DNA of 64,000 nucleotides from positions 2,976,001-3,040,000 of the forward strand of contig NZ_CP134949.1 in the NCBI RefSeq assembly GCF_032116555.1, written 5' to 3'. Source of the stretch: Halorarum halobium. Lineage in GTDB: Archaea; Halobacteriota; Halobacteria; Halobacteriales; Haloferacaceae. The position numbers and the translations under genes are program-made. Below, in pieces: positions 62,286-64,000 of this stretch (position 1 is the first letter of the stretch; the number at the start of each line of letters is the position of its first letter). The notes below the pieces were generated by a model. That model was not told where the DNA came from. It did no database searches and saw only the letters and a list, made by a program, of their open reading frames with translations.

Positions 62286-63350
62286 CTACTCGCCTCGGAC
62301 GGTGTCGACGACGCCCCGGAGGTAGCCGACGGTGAACCCGCGGGCGCGGTGTCGCCAGTCGTCGTCGCCTTCCATCTTCGGGACGTGGTCCGGGATGACC
62401 GCGCCCTCGAAGCCGACGTCGTCGAGCGTTCTGACGGCCTCGGCGGTGTCGAAGTTCCCCTCGTCGACGAACGTCTCGTTGAACTCGGGGACGGTGCCGA
62501 CGACGTCGCGGAAGTGGATGAACACGATCTGGTCGCGTTCGGCGAACTGGCGGAGCACGTCGGTGACGTCCTCGCCCATCTGGGAGAAACAGCCGAGACA
62601 GAGTTTCAGCCCGTGGTTGTCGCTCGGGACGTGCTCCATCGCGCGCTCGAAGTTCGCCACGTTGCGGAACAGTCGGGGAATCCTGCCCATCGATTCGAGG
62701 ACGGGCGGATCGACCGGGTGGAGCGCCAGTCGGACGCCCGCCTCCTCGGCGACGGGAACGACTTCCTCCAGGAACGCCTCGTAGTTCGCCCAGAACTCCG
62801 CTTCCTCGTAGGCCCTGTCCAGTCCGGGCGCGAGCGCGTCGGGGTCGTCGATCTCGTCGAAGTCGAAGGCGGTGCCCTCCGCGCCGCCGCGCAGTTCGAC
62901 CGGTTCGGTCCGCATCGGAACCACGCCCCGGGGGTTCCACTGGTAGCCCAGGATCGGGACGTCGGCCTCGCCGAGGTTGCGGATCAGCGTCGTGATCTGT
63001 TCGAGCGCGTCCCGTTTCCCCTCGCGGCCGAACATGATGTCGCCGTAGAGCGAGTACGGCAGCGACTGGATGCCGGTGAGACGCAGGCCGTGGGATTCGA
63101 CCTGCTCGCGGGCGGCTTCCAGTTCCGCGACTGAGGGGATCGAATCCCGACCCACCGCGACCGTGTCCGACCCGTCGCGGTCGTTGAACTCGTCCGGCTC
63201 CTCCTCGGTGTCGGCGTGGTCGACGAAGACGTCAGTCGCACCAAGCTGTCGGACGTACCGGAGGCGGGAGTCCGAGAGCGTGCGCGTCCGAACGCCGACT
63301 CGGATGTCGCTTCGGGTCTCGGCACTGGCGTTGGCGGAGCTTCCAGTCAT
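62286..63350 (-). CDS. uxuA: Mannonate dehydratase
   Basis: FLEEVVPVAEEAGVRLALHPVDPP, CLGC, FIHFRD, IPDHVP, FTVGY; TTTATG box 25-30 nt upstream. Confidence 0.88.
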   Translation of the reverse strand: MTGSSANASAETRSDIRVGVRTRTLSDSRLRYVRQLGATDVFVDHADTEEEPDEFNDRDGSDTVAVGRDSIPSVAELEAAREQVESHGLRLTGIQSLPYSLYGDIMFGREGKRDALEQITTLIRNLGEADVPILGYQWNPRGVVPMRTEPVELRGGAEGTAFDFDEIDDPDALAPGLDRAYEEAEFWANYEAFLEEVVPVAEEAGVRLALHPVDPPVLESMGRIPRLFRNVANFERAMEHVPSDNHGLKLCLGCFSQMGEDVTDVLRQFAERDQIVFIHFRDVVGTVPEFNETFVDEGNFDTAEAVRTLDDVGFEGAVIPDHVPKMEGDDDWRHRARGFTVGYLRGVVDTVRGE

Positions 63351-63538
63351 GGTACCACCACTGGCACGGGGGAGCATAAACGTCCATGTTTCGGTCAGAC
63401 TCGCTGTCCCCGGCGGTGGTGGCGTCTCCATCGTTGACTGACGGCCCCTCCGTGAACTGACGACTCCGTCGTGGGCTGACGACCTCGGCGGACCGCGCCG
63501 GTTTCCGAAGCGACGTGAAAGGGAACCGGCGGGGCCGG

Positions 63539-64000
63539 TCACTCGACCTCGAGCGCGGACTCGTAGTCGCCGGCGTCCACGGGGGAGGGTTCCTCGGCGG
63601 GGATGTCGACGTCGACGAGCGTCGGCCCGTCCTCGTCGAACGCGTCCGCCATCGCGGTTGCGAGACCGCTCCGGGTGCTCACTCTGACGCCGGTGCACCC
63701 GAACCCCTCCGCGATGGACACGAAGTCGGGCGAGTCCCACTCGAAGCGGTGCCCGTCCGTGTAGCGGTCGATCTTCGGCGACTGGCTGATGATCCCGTAG
63801 TCGCCGTTGTTGAGGACGACGGTCGTCACGTCCAGCCCGTGCTCGACCGCCGTGTGGAGTTCGGTGAGAGACATCATCAGGCCGCCGTCGCCGGTGAGCG
63901 CGACGACCTCACGGTCGGGGTGGGCGAACTTCGCGCCGAGTGCGGCGGGGAGGCCGACACCCATTCCCGCCCACGAGCCCGACGTGACGTACCCGCGTTC
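63539..64000 (-). CDS. Thiamine-pyrophosphate-dependent enzyme, C-terminal part (runs off the window edge)
   Basis: MGVGLPAALGA, GDGG...NN TPP motif, PDFV, GPTLVD. Confidence 0.88.
   Translation of the reverse strand, partial: ERGYVTSGSWAGMGVGLPAALGAKFAHPDREVVALTGDGGLMMSLTELHTAVEHGLDVTTVVLNNGDYGIISQSPKIDRYTDGHRFEWDSPDFVSIAEGFGCTGVRVSTRSGLATAMADAFDEDGPTLVDVDIPAEEPSPVDAGDYESALEVE

Overview
High-GC haloarchaeal (Halobacteria-type) DNA: acidic proteins, Tat lipoproteins, HTH_10 regulators, a TFB fragment and many TATA boxes about 25-33 nt upstream of start codons. It looks like accessory megaplasmid or chromid sequence. Positions 1-10.7 kb are a decaying plasmid-like patchwork containing an aldo/keto reductase, two putative toxin-antitoxin pairs, TFB, PIN, HTH and ArdC remnants, and an orphan iron-siderophore binding protein behind two palindromic boxes. 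The rest is mostly three large catabolic clusters. (i) 12.5-24 kb: a peptide-type ABC importer co-transcribed with three DUF917 paralogues, one hydantoinase/oxoprolinase-A-type ATPase and an Lrp regulator. (ii) 31.3-45.6 kb: a second peptide-type ABC importer with an esterase, a MOSC protein, M20 and M14 hydrolases, a class-III aminotransferase and IclR. (iii) 46.1-64 kb: a sugar-acid cluster with a sugar ABC importer, two enolase-superfamily dehydratases, UxuA, a DHDPS-like lyase, an aldehyde dehydrogenase, an Ldh_2 oxidoreductase, a TPP enzyme, MaeB and IclR. Between them lie a collapsed ABC operon remnant ahead of a GDPD gene, Usp, a CNNM/hemolysin-family gene and a CbiM-x-Q-O transporter. 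I saw no rRNA, tRNA, CRISPR array or intact transposase. All family assignments come from reading motifs by eye, not from database searches.
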